DNA of 62,612 nt, counting the filler, from Hausera hauseri (taxonomy: Eukaryota): the NCBI GenBank assembly GCA_046269625.1. It is 9 parts of 9 records of this genome, joined end to end, with 100 filler letters (N's around TTAATTAATTAA, not from the genome) between each part and the next. Parts side by side here need not be neighbours in the genome. Positions count along the whole stretch, not along the records: positions 31,984 to 48,891 come from JBJURY010233294.1; 8 more parts are not named here. One strand, 5' to 3'. Numbering within the stretch: the first letter of the stretch is position 1; each line of letters begins with the position of its first letter. This document shows positions 34,615-48,556 of the stretch, piece by piece. Position numbers and translations under genes: made by a program. A model generated the notes under the pieces. It saw only the letters and a list, made by a program, of their open reading frames with translations, was not told the origin of the DNA and made no database searches.

Positions 34615-35754
34615 ATTTGCACTATTGCAACAGGTGAATTGGGGATTTATAATTTAACGGACATGTCTGTAGCAATTGCAAAAAAATTATAACAAAACTT
34701 ACTAGCAAGACTAACAAATATTAAATTATATTAAATATAATTGTTAATGTTGAAATAAAATTTGCTTCTACACTTTTTAATGCCCCTACATACATTCCTG
34801 GGGCTTGTCAATAAATAGATATCCCCCGAAGTTAACGGGGGGGTAGGGGGGGTCTAACGCGAGAAAAGGGGGCAAAATATAGAGAAGTCAGGGGGAATAC
34901 AATGATATGTATGCCCGTGATATCACTTATGTAAGACTTCAAGACTATGTCATTCAGTAATAGACTATTAATTATGGAAGCAAGGAATATGCTCAACCTT
35001 CGGTGGCAGGTTTGTATGCACTGTGAAATGTCAAGTGAAAGGAAATAGAAAAAAGGTAAACCCATGCCCATTAGAAAGAATGCTAGGCATGGTGGGTAAA
35101 GGGCTAAATGTATACCACCATTAACTTATGTAATGCTCAATGAAAGTATGGGGGATGACACCTATTAATGTACCTGAGGTAGGAACCAGATGCCAGAAAT
35201 AGATCACTGGTAGAGACCCCCACAAGATTAGTCCCTGACTATCACGCAGAAATAACCTTAAGGGATCAACTGATGCTGATACTCTCTAGTACTGAACGTA
35301 TGTACTAGAGCTATAAGGATGGTCTTACATATATTGGTTGAGAGCACCCATGAATGGCAAGACCCAACTGAAGGGGATTAAGTGAAGTGTATCTATATTA
35401 TACATTGAACAATAATGATCAGGCCTATAATGAGGAATAAACATATATGTATGTTTAATATAGATGAATGTTGATAAGGCATAGTATGTCCTTGCTACAT
35501 ACATATATATTATACATATAAATATATGTAATATATACATATATATATATGTTTAATATAGATGAATGTTGATAAGGCATAGTATGTCCTTGCTACATAC
35601 ATATATATTATATGTGTCTGATGTAAATTTATGTAATTAAACATGGTATGTTCTTGCTACATATATGTATATATTACATATATACATATATATATGTTTA
35701 ATATAAATTAGTGTAATAGGACATACGGGCGGGGCGCGTGTTTTGCTGATGTTT
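34615..35754 (-). promoter_or_regulatory. Mitochondrial control region (D-loop)
   Basis: Between trnP and trnF; CSB-2-like C tract near 34837-34853; central conserved block; TACAT/ATGTA motifs. Confidence 0.93.
35445..35710. repeat. Control-region tandem repeat (98-nt period, two good copies plus a degenerate one)
   Basis: GTTTAATATAGATGAATGTTGATAAGGCATAGTATGTCCTTGCTACATAC starts at both 35453 and 35551. Confidence 0.85.
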
Positions 35755-35824
35755 CAAAGAATAGTTTAGTTTAGAATCCTAGCTTTGGGTGTTGGGGGTG
35801 GAGGTTAAAATCCTCTTTCTTTGA
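35755..35824 (+). tRNA. trnP: mt tRNA-Pro(TGG)
   Basis: Position; anticodon TGG. Confidence 0.88.
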
Positions 35825-35894
35825 GCAGTAAGAAGGATTTTAACCTTCACCTCTGGTTTACAAGACCAGTGCTCTGGTGTTGAGCTTTTAATGC
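35824..35894 (-). tRNA. trnT: mt tRNA-Thr(TGT)
   Basis: Position; anticodon TGT. Confidence 0.88.
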
Positions 35895-35898
35895 TTTA

Positions 35899-37032
35899 TT
35901 AAGATATTTTGTTTTCTATTCATCCTGAAATTGGAAAGAAGATTAGAAACAGGAAGAAGTAGAAGAAGGACGCAAGTTGTCCTATAATAATAAAGGGGGG
36001 CTCTACTGGTATTCCTCCAATTCATGTTAAGATAATTACGTCCGCTAGTAATAGTCCTATAAATAGGTGTGCGAGAGGTCGGAATGTGGAGCCTTGGCGT
36101 TTTGAGGTGTGTAAAAGAGGAACCATTATCAAAATTAAAACGGAAGCTAGAAGTGCGATCACTCCTCCTAATTTATTAGGAATTGAGCGAAGAATGGCGT
36201 AGGCGAATAAGAAATATCACTCTGGCTTGATGTGTGGAGGGGTAATTAAGGCGTTAGCGGCTGAAAAATTTTCGGGGTCTCCTAGGATATTAGGGGTGAA
36301 TAAAGCAACCGTGATTAGGAAAAGAAAAAGTATCATAAAGCCAAAGAGATCTTTATAGGAGAAATATGGGTGGAAAGAAATTTTATCCGTGTCTGAGTTT
36401 AGTCCTGCAGGGTTGTTTGAGCCTGTTTCGTGTAAAAAAATTAGATGAACGATTGTTGTGGCGACCACAATAAAGGGTAGTAGAAAGTGGAAGGCGAAGA
36501 AGCGGTTTAGGGTAGCATTGTCTACTGAAAAGCCACCTCAGAGTCATTGAACCAGGGGTTCTCCCATATAAGGGGCAGCAGATAATAAGTTTGTGATGAC
36601 AGTTGCTCCTCAGAAAGACATTTGTCCTCATGGGAGGACGTACCCTACGAAAGCTGTTATTATTATAAGTAGGAGGAGAATTACTCCGATGTTTCATGTT
36701 TCTTTATAAAGGTAGGAGCCGTAATATAAACCTCGTCCAATATGTAGGTAAATGCAAATGAAAGTGAAAGAGGCACCATTGGCGTGTATATTGCGAATAA
36801 GTCAGCCATAGTTCACGTCTCGACAAATATTTGCTACTGAGGAAAAGGCTGTGGAAATGTCAGATGTATAATGTATAGCAAGGAATAGGCCTGTTAAAAT
36901 CTGCAATGCTAAGCATAGGCCAAGAAGAGAGCCAAAATTTCACCAGGCGGAAATGTTAATGGGGGTGGGAAGATCTACTAATGCATCATTAGCTGGTTTT
37001 AGTAGAGGGTGCGTTTTTCGTATATTGGCCAT
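35899..37032 (-). CDS. CYTB: Cytochrome b
   Basis: Vertebrate mt code; [25 protein letters not shown]; 1134 nt ATG-TAA. Confidence 0.97.
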
Positions 37033-37037
37033 TATTA

Positions 37038-37105
37038 TTTTTGTAGTTGAAGTACAACGATGGTTTTTCGTATCATTGGTCTTGGTTAAAGTCCTAGTAA
37101 AAATT
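37038..37105 (+). tRNA. trnE: mt tRNA-Glu(TTC)
   Basis: Position; anticodon TTC. Confidence 0.88.
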
Positions 37106-37627
37106 ATGTCTTACATTGTGTATTTACTGTTGTTGATTGTTGTTTTTGGGTTGATTGGTGTGGCCTCTAACCCGTCTCCTAGTTTCGCTGCGTTGAGTTT
37201 AGTGGTGGTGGCTGGTGGGGGGTGTGGTATTTTAGCTTATCAAGGTGGGAGTTTTTTATCATTAGTTCTGTTTTTGATTTACCTAGGGGGTATGATGGTT
37301 GTTTTTGCTTATTCTGTGGCTTTCACTGTAAATTTAAATCCTGAGGGGTGAGGTAGTGGCTCTATTATGGGTTCGGTCATAATATACTCTCTTGGGGTAT
37401 TTATGGCAGGATTAGTGCTTGTAGATGGGGGTTTTGATGAATTTTGGGCGGCTGGGTCTAATTACTGTGATTATGATATAATTCATGGGGGTGTGGTGGG
37501 GGTTTCTATGTTATATTCTTTAGGAGGACTAGTTTTAGCTATTGGGGCGTGGGCGTTATTGTTAGTGTTGTTTGTGGTGTTAAAGTTAGTTCGTGGTTAC
37601 TCCTTAGGTACAATTCGTGTTGTTTAA
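37106..37627 (+). CDS. ND6: NADH dehydrogenase subunit 6
   Basis: [16 protein letters not shown]; 522 nt; opposite strand to ND5. Confidence 0.95.
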
Positions 37628-39456
37628 GAGATATAGAAGAGGGTGGTAACGATAATGGTTATTGTAAATAGAAACAAGCATAAGTATGTTTTAATTATCC
37701 CTTGTTGTAAGTTGTCTGTTATTAGGATTAAGGGGGAATGGAGGGAAACAATTATTTTAGGGGCTGACTTTTCTATTCAGGTTTGGTCTACTATGTGGGT
37801 TGCTATATTTTGGCCAAATGTTAGATTAATTTTTGGAGATAAAAAATGTATAACTAGTGGAAAATACCCGAGCATGTTGGAGAAGTGATGATAAGATAAG
37901 ATGGGAGTGGTTTTAAATTGTTTAGATGTTAAAGAGGCCAGTTCATATGCTAGGAGAAGTCCAAGGGCGGTTAATATTAGGGCGGAGGTTTTTATTGTTA
38001 AGGGCATGGATATAACGGGGGTTTTGTGGGGAAGAATGTTTAATGTAATTAATAATCCTGCTATAATGCTCCCTCAAGCTAGGCGTTTTAGGGGATTGGT
38101 TAATAATGTGTTATTTTCATCAATTGGGGTTAATGAGGTGAGTCGAGGATGTTTTATTAATACATAATAAATGATTCGTACGCTATAGATTGCTGTGAAC
38201 ATGGTGGCGATGAGTGTGAGAATAAGGGCCCAGGCGTTTAAGTATGATGTGTTTATTGCTTCTAGAATTGCATCTTTGGAGAAGAAGCCGGCTAAGAAGG
38301 GGGTCCCAGTGAGTGCTAGGCTGCCGATAGTTAAGCATGAAGAAGTAATTGGGGCTAGTTGAAATATGCCTCCCATTTTTCGAATGTCTTGTTCATTGTT
38401 TAAGGCATGAATGATAGAGCCTGAGCATAGGAATAGTATGGCTTTAAAGAAGGCGTGTGTGCAGATATGAAGAAAAGCTAGCTGCGGTTGATTCAATCCA
38501 ATAGTTACTATTATAAGGCCTAACTGACTGGATGTAGAGAAAGCTACAATTTTTTTGATGTCATTTTGAGTCAGAGCACATGTGGCTGTAAATAGTGTGG
38601 TGATAGCACCTAAGCAAAGACATGTGGTTAAGATATAATTATTGTTTTGTATCATTGGACTAAATCGCACTAATAGAAAGATTCCTGCTACAACTATTGT
38701 GCTTGAGTGAAGTAGTGCGGAAACAGGGGTCGGGCCTTCTATAGCTGACGGTAGTCAAGGGTGTAGGCCAAATTGTGCTGACTTACCTATGGCGGCTAAA
38801 ACTAGTCCTAGTAGTGGGAGGGTCAAGTTGTAGTTTTCTGAGATAATAAATAGATGGTGTAACTCTCATGAGTTTAAGTTTATGGCTATTCACGCTATTG
38901 CTAGGATTAGGCCAATGTCCCCAATTCGGTTATAAATTACAGCTTGCAGGGCTGCTGTGTTGGCGTCGGCTCGGCCATACCATCATCCAATCAATAAGAA
39001 TGATATGATACCGACACCTTCTCAGCCAATAAAGATTTGAAATATGTTGTTGGCAGTAACAAGAATGTATATGGCAATAAGGAAAATTAATAGATATTTG
39101 AAAAATCGATTGCATTGTGGATCGGAGTTTATGTACCATTTTGCGAATTCCAAGATAGCTCATGTGACGTAGAAAGCTACTGTAGAGAATAGTAGGGAGT
39201 AGGCGTCAAATTTTAAGCTGATGTGTACATTAAAATGTGCTATTTCTAGGCAGTTAAAAATGGTGGTGACATTTTCTAGTCCCTCGTTGATAAAGATAAG
39301 CGAGGGGAATAAGCTTAAAAAGAATGCGGTCTTGACGGCAGAAATAACTTTGTCTTGGTAGGATGTTTTGTTTTGGTGAGAAAAAAGAACTGGGTAAAAT
39401 AAGATGAAAAAGATGATTACTATTAATGATGAAATAGAGGTGAGTAGGTGGTACAT
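37624..39456 (-). CDS. ND5: NADH dehydrogenase subunit 5
   Basis: [24 protein letters not shown]; 1833 nt. Confidence 0.95.
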
Positions 39457-39528
39457 AGCTATTACTTGGAGTTGCACCAAGAGTTTTTGGTTCCTAAGAC
39501 CAATGGATTACTATTATCCTTTATTAGC
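39457..39528 (-). tRNA. trnL1: mt tRNA-Leu(TAG)
   Basis: HSL cluster; anticodon TAG. Confidence 0.88.
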
Positions 39529-39530
39529 TG

Positions 39531-39598
39531 CAAGAAAGCCTTGGAGTCCAACCAAGAAACGGGGGTTAGCAGTCATCGTTGCGGTGCTTGTCTTTCTT
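39531..39598 (-). tRNA. trnS1: mt tRNA-Ser(GCT)
   Basis: HSL cluster; anticodon GCT. Confidence 0.85.
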
Positions 39599-39667
39599 GG
39601 TGAGTAGAAGGGTTTTAACCTTTATTGCTAGAATCACAATCTAGTGTTTTTGTTAAACTATACTTAC
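39599..39667 (-). tRNA. trnH: mt tRNA-His(GTG)
   Basis: HSL cluster; anticodon GTG. Confidence 0.88.
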
Positions 39668-39668
39668 G

Positions 39669-41048
39669 TTAAGTTCCTCCTATGATTAGTTCGGGTTTTA
39701 GGGTTAATAGTAAGAGGGGGAGGAGGTGAAGGGCTATAAGTAAGTGCTCTCGGGAGTAGGTTGGGAAAATTGTGTAAAGATTGTGAGGGAGTGGGCCTCG
39801 TTGCGTTATTAGAAGCATATAGAGTGAGTAGCTTGCGGTAATTAAAGTTCCGAGTCCTGTTAGGAGTAAGGTAAAAGGGGTTCAGTTAAATATTGATGAA
39901 ATAATTATTAGCTCTCCCATAAGATTAGGTAGCGGGGGGAGGGCTAAATTAGCGATACTTGCAATAAATCATCAAGCAGCTATTAGTGGTAGCACTATTT
40001 GTAGTCCTCGAGCTAATACTATGGTTCGGCTATGCGTGCGTTCGTAGTTTGTGTTTGCTAGGCAAAAAAGAGCGGACGATGTAAGGCCGTGTGCGATTAT
40101 AAGGATTAAAGAGCCTGAGAAACCTCAGGGTGTTTGAATCAGAATGCCTGCTGCAACCAAGCCCATGTGGCTGACAGAGGAATAGGCGATGAGGGACTTT
40201 AAGTCTGTTTGGCGAAGACAAATTGAACTTGTTATGATAATGCCTCATAATGCTAGAATAATAAAGGGATAGCTTAATTCTTTTGTCAAGGGCTCAACAA
40301 TTGTTATAATTCGTATCATTCCATAGCCCCCTAGTTTGAGGAGTACTGCTGCTAAAACCATGGAACCTGCAATGGGTGCTTCTACGTGTGCTTTAGGTAG
40401 TCAAAGGTGTGCTCCGTAAAGAGGCATTTTGACTAAAAATGCTAGTAAACAAGCGAGCCATCAGGCCTTATTGGAAAAGGATAAAGAGAAGTAAGAGGGA
40501 AAGAAGTTTAATGTAAGGAAAGAAATTGTCCCTGTAGTGTGTTGAGTGACAAGGAGGGCTACTAAGAGTGGTATAGAGCCTAATAAAGTGTAGAATAAAA
40601 AGTAGGTGCCGGCGTTAAGACGTTCTATTTGGTTTCCTCATCGGGTAATAATAATTAGGGTTGGAATTAAGGTTGCCTCAAATATAATGTAGAACATAAT
40701 TAATTCTGTAGCGCTAAATGCTAGGATTAAAAAAATTTGTAGAGAAACAAGCAGGGAAATGTAAGTTCGTTGTCGTCGTTCTGGCTCATATGAAATATGG
40801 TTTTGGCTGGCTAGAATTATTAAAGGAAGGAGTCAGCAGGTGAGGATGAGTAGAGGGGTGGAGAGACCATCTGTAGCTATATTTATGCTTAGGAAGAGTC
40901 AGCCCGTCTCTATTGAGGAAAATAATCAAGTAAAGCTGAGGAGAGCAATTATAAAGCTATAGAGAAGGGAAGTATATCACAACTGTGCAAAGGGCGTGAT
41001 TCAGACTGTAAAAAAAAGTGTAATAGTGGGAATAAGGATTTTTAGCAT
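39669..41048 (-). CDS. ND4: NADH dehydrogenase subunit 4
   Basis: [24 protein letters not shown]; 1380 nt. Confidence 0.95.
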
Positions 41049-41338
41049 TGTAAAATGTTAAGACTTTGTAAGTGGTCTGTTCCATGAGTTCGAATTGTTG
41101 CGATTAGAAGAGCTAAACCAGTTCCTGCTTCACAGGCCGAGAATGTAATTAAAATCATAGGAGCTGCTGAAAAAATAGTAGAGTCTGTTTTAAATAATCA
41201 TAGAGAAAAAGCAATGAATAAGGATAATATAATTCCTTCTAAGCATAGGAGGGCTGAGAGTAGGTGTTTGCGATAAAATGTTAAGCCAAGTAACCCTAGG
41301 GTAAATATTGTGGAAAAGGTGAAATGAAGGAGGGACAT
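41042..41338 (-). CDS. ND4L: NADH dehydrogenase subunit 4L
   Basis: [11 protein letters not shown]; 297 nt; 7-nt overlap with ND4. Confidence 0.95.
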
Positions 41339-41407
41339 TGGGTAATTAAGGACTTTAACCGTAAGTTTTTGAGCCGAAATCAAAGGTTTTAATTAAACTA
41401 ATTACCT
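41339..41407 (-). tRNA. trnR: mt tRNA-Arg(TCG)
   Basis: Position; anticodon TCG. Confidence 0.88.
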
Positions 41408-41756
41408 ATTCAGCTCATTCTAGACCACCTTGAGCTCACTCATAAGCAAAGCCTAAGGTTAAGAAAGTTAGCACAGTGGATGTTCAGAAGAAGGTAACTA
41501 GGGGGTTTTGAAGTTGGTCTCCTCAAGGAAGTGGAAGGAGGAGGGCAATCTCTAAATCAAATAGGAGAAATAGGATGGCAACTAAAAAAAATCGTAGTGA
41601 GAACGGTAAACGGGCGGAGGCAAAGGGGTTAAAGCCGCATTCATAGGGAGAAAGTTTTTCGTAGTCAGAGTTAATTTGTGGGGCTCAGAAAGACACAAAT
41701 AGCATAAGAGCTGACAAAATAAGAGAGACAATAGTAGTGGTTACTAGCATATTCAT
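41408..41756 (-). CDS. ND3: NADH dehydrogenase subunit 3
   Basis: [20 protein letters not shown]; incomplete stop codon. Confidence 0.95.
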
Positions 41757-41829
41757 TATCACTCTCTGGGGTTTAACCAGAATGTTATGGTTGGAAGCCA
41801 CATATATTAAACAGTTATATTAGAGGGAT
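41757..41829 (-). tRNA. trnG: mt tRNA-Gly(TCC)
   Basis: Position; anticodon TCC. Confidence 0.85.
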
Positions 41830-42614
41830 TATGAGCCTCATCAATAGATGGAAATATACAAGAAGAGTCATACTACGTCTACGAAGTGTCAGTATCAGGC
41901 TGCTGCTTCAAATCCGAAGTGGTGGTCAGAGGTGAAGTGAAACTTAATTTGTCGAAAAAGACAGACAGCTAGGAAGGTTGTACCAATAATTACATGTAAG
42001 CCATGGAATCCTGTTGCAACAAAGAAGGTCGAGCCATAAACTCCGTCTGCAATTGTAAAGGGGGCTTCGTAGTATTCTATAGCTTGAAGTGCGGTAAAGT
42101 AGAGTCCGAGTAGGATAGTTAAAAATAATGCTTGGATAGCTTGCTTTCGTTGTCCCTCTATAATGCTGTGATGTGCTCATGTAACGGTGACTCCTGAGGC
42201 AAGTAATACTGCAGTGTTTAAAAGGGGGACTTCGAAGGGGTCCAGGGGGGTAATCCCTGTTGGTGGTCAGCATCCCCCTAGTTCTGGGGTGGGGGCTAAG
42301 CTTGAGTGATAAAAGGCTCAGAAAAAGCCTAAAAAAAAGAATACTTCGGATGTAATGAACAGGATTATTCCGTAACGAAGTCCTTTTTGAACTGGTAGCG
42401 TATGATGTCCTAGAAAAGTGCTCTCTCGAATAATATCTCGTCATCACTGATATATTGTTAATAGTATAAGAATTAAGCCAACTGTTAATAAAAAGGTTGA
42501 GTAGGTGTGTATTCAAATCGCGAGCCCTGAGGTTAATAGCAAGGCGGCTACTGCGCCTGTTAGTGGCCATGGGCTAGGGTCTACTATATGGTATGCGTGT
42601 GCTTGATGGGCCAT
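41829..42614 (-). CDS. COX3: Cytochrome c oxidase subunit 3
   Basis: [17 protein letters not shown]; 786 nt. Confidence 0.96.
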
Positions 42615-43297
42615 TAAACGTTTTCTTGTAGATAAAGGCTTAATAAAAGTACAAATACGTAAGCTTGAATTATTGCGACTGCAATCTCTAAAATGGTAAG
42701 TAAAAATAGTAGAATTGAGGTAACAATGGCAACTGTTGGGAGTACAGAGATCAAGAAGAAAATCGCCATAGAGACGAGCTGAATTAAAAGGTGGCCTGCT
42801 GTAAGATTAGCTGTTAGTCGTACAGCAAGGGCAACAGGTCGAATAAATAAGCTAATAGTTTCAATGATTACTAGCACTGGAATTAGGAAAATTGGGGTAC
42901 CTGTTGGAAGTAAGTGGCTCAGGGCCGTTGTTGGGTTGTTACGGAATCCGATCAGGACTGTGGCAAGTCACAGGGGAAATGCAAATGCTAGGTTTAACGA
43001 AAGTTGTGTGGTTGGTGTAAAAGTATATGATAGAAGGCCCAATAAATTTAAAGATATTAGGAATAACATTAAAGTGGTTAAAAGTATGGCTCATTTATGT
43101 CCATTAAAATTAATTGGTTGAAAGATTTGTTTAATGAAGTTAAAAATGAATCAGTTTTGTGTAGTTAAAAGACGATTATTTAGTCAACGTGTTGTGGGTT
43201 TTGGAGTTATGATTCAAGGAAGTGTTATTGCAATAACTAATAATGGAATCCCAAATAGTGTGGGGCTTGAAAATTGGTCAAATAAATTTACTGTCAT
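42614..43297 (-). CDS. ATP6: ATP synthase subunit a
   Basis: [13 protein letters not shown]; 684 nt. Confidence 0.96.
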
Positions 43298-43455
43298 GTT
43301 CAGTTTCAGGGTTTTGTGGCAGGTTTTTTTGTGTTTTGCGATGAAGGTTCGGGGAAATTTAGATGTGCTAGAACTTTAGGAGGAATAATTGTTAGTAAAA
43401 CGAATCAAGAGAATACAAAGATTAAGAATCATGGAGCGGGATTAAGCTGCGGCAT
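43288..43455 (-). CDS. ATP8: ATP synthase subunit 8
   Basis: MPQLNPAPW; 168 nt; 10-nt overlap with ATP6 as in teleosts. Confidence 0.95.
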
Positions 43456-43456
43456 C

Positions 43457-43528
43457 TCGCTAAGGGTGGGCGGTAATCACCAGTTTTTAGCTTAAAAGGC
43501 TAATGCTGTTCCTTATAGCTTCTTAGCG
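43457..43528 (-). tRNA. trnK: mt tRNA-Lys(TTT)
   Basis: Position; anticodon TTT. Confidence 0.88.
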
Positions 43529-44219
43529 AAGAAGTTTCAAGTATTAGTGTTGATCAGTCTTCGAAGTGTTTGAGTGGAATGGCTTCTACAACAACTGGCA
43601 TAAAACTATGATTTGCTCCACAGATCTCGGAGCATTGCCCATAGAATACGCCTGGGTGAGAGATAATGAACGCTGATTGGTTTAGACGGCCTGGGACAGC
43701 ATCTATTTTAATGCCCAAGCTAGGGACAGCTCAAGAATGTAGAACATCGTCTGCTGTAATTAGAACTCGCACTGGGGAGTCTGTAGGAACTACTATACGA
43801 TGGTCTGCCTCTAGTAATCGGAAGTGCCCAGGTGCGAGGTCTTGCGTTGGGACTATGTAGGAGTCAAAACCAAAATTATCGTAGTCTGTGTATTCATAGC
43901 TTCAATATCATTGATGGCCTATGGCTTTTACTGTTAGGTGAGGATCATTAATTTCATCTATAAGGTATAGAATGCGTAGAGAAGGCAGGGCAATTAAGAT
44001 GAGAATTAAGGCGGGGAGAAGGGTTCAGATAATTTCAATTTCTTGTGAGTCAAGGATAAATTTATTGGTTAGTTTCGTAGTAACTATTGCTAGGATGATG
44101 TATAATACTATTGTGCTAATTAAAAATACAATTATTAGGGTGTGATCATGAAAGTGAAGAAGTTCTTCTATTACTGGAGAAGCTGCGTCTTGAAAACCAA
44201 ATTGAGAGGAATGTGCCAT
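43529..44219 (-). CDS. COX2: Cytochrome c oxidase subunit 2
   Basis: [14 protein letters not shown]; 691 nt with incomplete stop. Confidence 0.96.
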
Positions 44220-44226
44220 TATATAG

Positions 44227-44297
44227 TAAGACACGTGGGGTTTCAACCCACGATTTTACCTTGACAAGGTAATGTAATATTATTTTACGAGTGTCTT
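44227..44297 (-). tRNA. trnD: mt tRNA-Asp(GTC)
   Basis: Position; anticodon GTC. Confidence 0.88.
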
Positions 44298-44300
44298 ATA

Positions 44301-44371
44301 AAGAAAGTGTCAGAGTGGTTATGTGGTTGGCTTGAAACCAACTTATGGGGGTTCAATTCCTTCCTTTCTTG
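44301..44371 (+). tRNA. trnS2: mt tRNA-Ser(TGA)
   Basis: Position; anticodon TGA. Confidence 0.88.
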
Positions 44372-44383
44372 AGATTATTTAGG

Positions 44384-45940
<1,557 letters not shown>

Positions 45941-45941
45941 A

Positions 45942-46008
45942 GGTAAGATGGCTGAAATAGTGGTGGACTGTAGTTCCATGTATGTAGGTTTAAACCCTGC
46001 TCTTGCCA
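45942..46008 (+). tRNA. trnY: mt tRNA-Tyr(GTA)
   Basis: WANCY cluster; anticodon GTA. Confidence 0.88.
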
Positions 46009-46009
46009 C

Positions 46010-46074
46010 AGCCTTGAAGTATATTACGCCAGATTGCAAATCTAGAGAAGCCGATTGATTGTCGGCCGGGGCTT
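46010..46074 (+). tRNA. trnC: mt tRNA-Cys(GCA)
   Basis: WANCY cluster; anticodon GCA. Confidence 0.85.
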
Positions 46075-46111
46075 TCTCCCGCCTATTTTGCTCTGGCTAG
46101 GCGGGAGAAAG
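46072..46111. promoter_or_regulatory. Light-strand replication origin (OL) hairpin
   Basis: CTTTCTCCCGCCTA...TAGGCGGGAGAAAG stem-loop between trnC and trnN. Confidence 0.92.
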
Positions 46112-46112
46112 T

Positions 46113-46185
46113 TAGACAGATGCTAGTTGGTTTAGGCGTTTAACTGTTAATTAAAAACTCGAAGGATCGAAGCCTTCCTGTCTAG
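46113..46185 (+). tRNA. trnN: mt tRNA-Asn(GTT)
   Basis: WANCY cluster; anticodon GTT. Confidence 0.88.
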
Positions 46186-46186
46186 C

Positions 46187-46255
46187 GAGGCTTTAGCTTA
46201 ATTAAAGCGTTTGTTTTGCATACAAAAGATGTGGGTTAAATACCCGTAAGTTTTA
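46187..46255 (+). tRNA. trnA: mt tRNA-Ala(TGC)
   Basis: WANCY cluster; anticodon TGC. Confidence 0.88.
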
Positions 46256-46328
46256 CAGAGATTAAAAGATTTTCACTTTTGCTTAGGGCTTTGAAGGCTC
46301 TTGGTCTATAGTACTAACCTAAATCTCT
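46256..46328 (-). tRNA. trnW: mt tRNA-Trp(TCA)
   Basis: WANCY cluster; anticodon TCA. Confidence 0.88.
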
Positions 46329-47373
46329 ACGCAGGGAATAGTGCGAGGGCAGTTGGAGTCAGGGGAAGGAGGCATAGAGAAATGGTTGTAGAAATGGCTA
46401 GGGGGGTTGAATATTGTATAAAGTTGACTCGTCATGGTAGCGTTGCAGGCAGGTTGCTGGGTGATGTTGTTAGGGTTATGGCGTAGGAGAGTCGTAAGTA
46501 GAAGTAAAGGCTCAATAGGGCCGCAAGGGCGGCTGTTGTTGCTGTTAATGTTAGTTCTTGTTTTGTTAGCTCTGAGAGGATTATTCATTTTGGAAGGAAA
46601 CCGGTGAGAGGAGGGAGGCCTCCTAATGAGAGTAAGGTTAGGGGAGTGATGGCTGAAATAATCGGGGTCTTAGTTCATGAGTTAGCTAGGGCGTTAATAG
46701 TGGTTGCTTGATTACATCAAAATGTTAAAAATATTGAAAATGTCAGAACAATGTATGTTATGAAGGCTAGAAAAGTTAGTGAGGGCAAGTATTGTAATAC
46801 TAATATTATTCATCCTAGATGTGCGATTGAAGAGTAGCCTAGGATCTTACGAAGTTGTGTTTGGTTTAGACCTCCTCATCCTCCTATTAAAATAGAGAGT
46901 AGACCAAGAGTGGTAAGAAGTATTGGGTTGTTAATTGGCAGTTGAAGTATAAGGGACAAGGGTGCTAGCTTTTGTCATGTAGATAAAATTAGTCCTGTTG
47001 GTAAGTTTAGTCCTTGAATGATTTCAGGAAATCATGCGTGTATTGGAGCTAGTCCCAGTTTTAGTGCGAGGGCGATGATAATTATAGTTAGTGGGACTGG
47101 GTGATTTATTTGTTGGATTTCTCATTGTCCTGTTAGTCAGGCATTTGAGATGCTTGAGAATAATAATATGGTGGCAGCAGTTGTTTGAATAATAAAGTAC
47201 TTGATTGAGGCTTCTATTGCTCGGGGGCAGTAATTTTGGGCTATCAAAGGTAGGATGGCGAAGGTATTAATTTCTAGGCCTATTCATGCGAGGAGTCAGT
47301 GGGAGCTTGTCAGAGTAATCAAGGTGCCTATGCCTAAAGAAAAAATTATAATTACAAGTACAATTGGGCTCAT
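46329..47373 (-). CDS. ND2: NADH dehydrogenase subunit 2
   Basis: GGLNQTQLRK, LGGLPPLTGF; 1045 nt. Confidence 0.95.
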
Positions 47374-47442
47374 TAGTAAAGGAAGGATTTTAACCAACAT
47401 TTTAGGGGTATGGGCCCAGAAGCTTTTTTAGCTGACTTTACT
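47374..47442 (-). tRNA. trnM: mt tRNA-Met(CAT)
   Basis: IQM cluster; anticodon CAT. Confidence 0.88.
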
Positions 47443-47512
47443 AGAAAATGGTGTAGAGGATGCACGAAGAGTTTTGATCTCTTCAGGTCGGGTTCGAATC
47501 CCTTTTTTCTAA
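47442..47512 (+). tRNA. trnQ: mt tRNA-Gln(TTG)
   Basis: IQM cluster; anticodon TTG. Confidence 0.88.
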
Positions 47513-47578
47513 GGAGTTGAAGGGGCTTTAACCCTTATACTTACTCTATCAAAGTAATCCTTTTTCAGGCACAAATCC
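47512..47578 (-). tRNA. trnI: mt tRNA-Ile(GAT)
   Basis: IQM cluster; anticodon GAT. Confidence 0.88.
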
Positions 47579-47580
47579 GT

Positions 47581-48555
47581 TTACAGCTGAGGTGGAAGAC
47601 CAGAAAAAGCAGTAGGTATCGCTAGGTGTCATAGAACAAAGGCCAATGTTAGGGGTAAAAAGCTTTTTCAGATTAGGTGTATTAGTTGATCGTAGCGAAA
47701 TCGAGGGTAAGAGGCTCGAATTCAGATAAATAAGATTGATAAAAGTGTAGCTTTAGTTATTAAAATCAAAGAGGCTATTTCGGGAAAGGTGATAAAGGTT
47801 GTAGTTCCGAAGAATAGGATTGCTGAGAGGGTGTTTATTAGTAAAATATTGGCGTATTCTGCTAGAAAAAATAAGGCGAAGTGGCCTGCTGCGTATTCAA
47901 TATTAAAGCCTGAGACAAGTTCAGATTCTCCTTCTGTGAGGTCAAAAGGTGCGCGATTGGTTTCGGCTAATGTGGAGATGTATCATATAAAGGTTAAAGG
48001 TCAGGCAGGTAGGAGAAGTCATGTGCCTTCTTGTGTGATGTTGAAAGTTTGAAGAGTAAATGCTCCAGAAAAAATAATTGCGCTTAGGAGAATTAGGCCG
48101 AGGCTAACTTCATAAGAGATTGTTTGGGCTACTGCACGTATTGCTCCGATCAAGGCATATAGCGAGTTTGAAGCCCATCCGGCCCCTAAAATGGAATATA
48201 CTGCTAGGCTAGAGAGGGCTAGTAGAACTAAAGTACTAAGATTTAGGTCTGCTAATGGAAAGGGTATTGGAAGGGGAATTCATAATATTAGAGCCAGGGT
48301 GAAGGCTAGAAAGGGTATAAAGATGAACAGAAGGGGAGAGGTAGCTAGGGGACGAACTGGCTCTTTTGTGAAGAGCTTTAGGCCGTCTGCGAAGGGTTGA
48401 AATAGTCCGTAGGCGTGGGCAATATTGGGGCCTTTTCGTAGTTGCATGCTACCAATTACTTTGCGTTCGACTAGCGTTAGGAAGGCTAATGCTAATGTAA
48501 CGGATAACACGAGAATAGTGGGACTAATAATGAAGTTTAAATAGTTTTGTGGCAT
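47581..48555 (-). CDS. ND1: NADH dehydrogenase subunit 1
   Basis: [23 protein letters not shown]; 975 nt. Confidence 0.96.
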
Positions 48556-48556
48556 T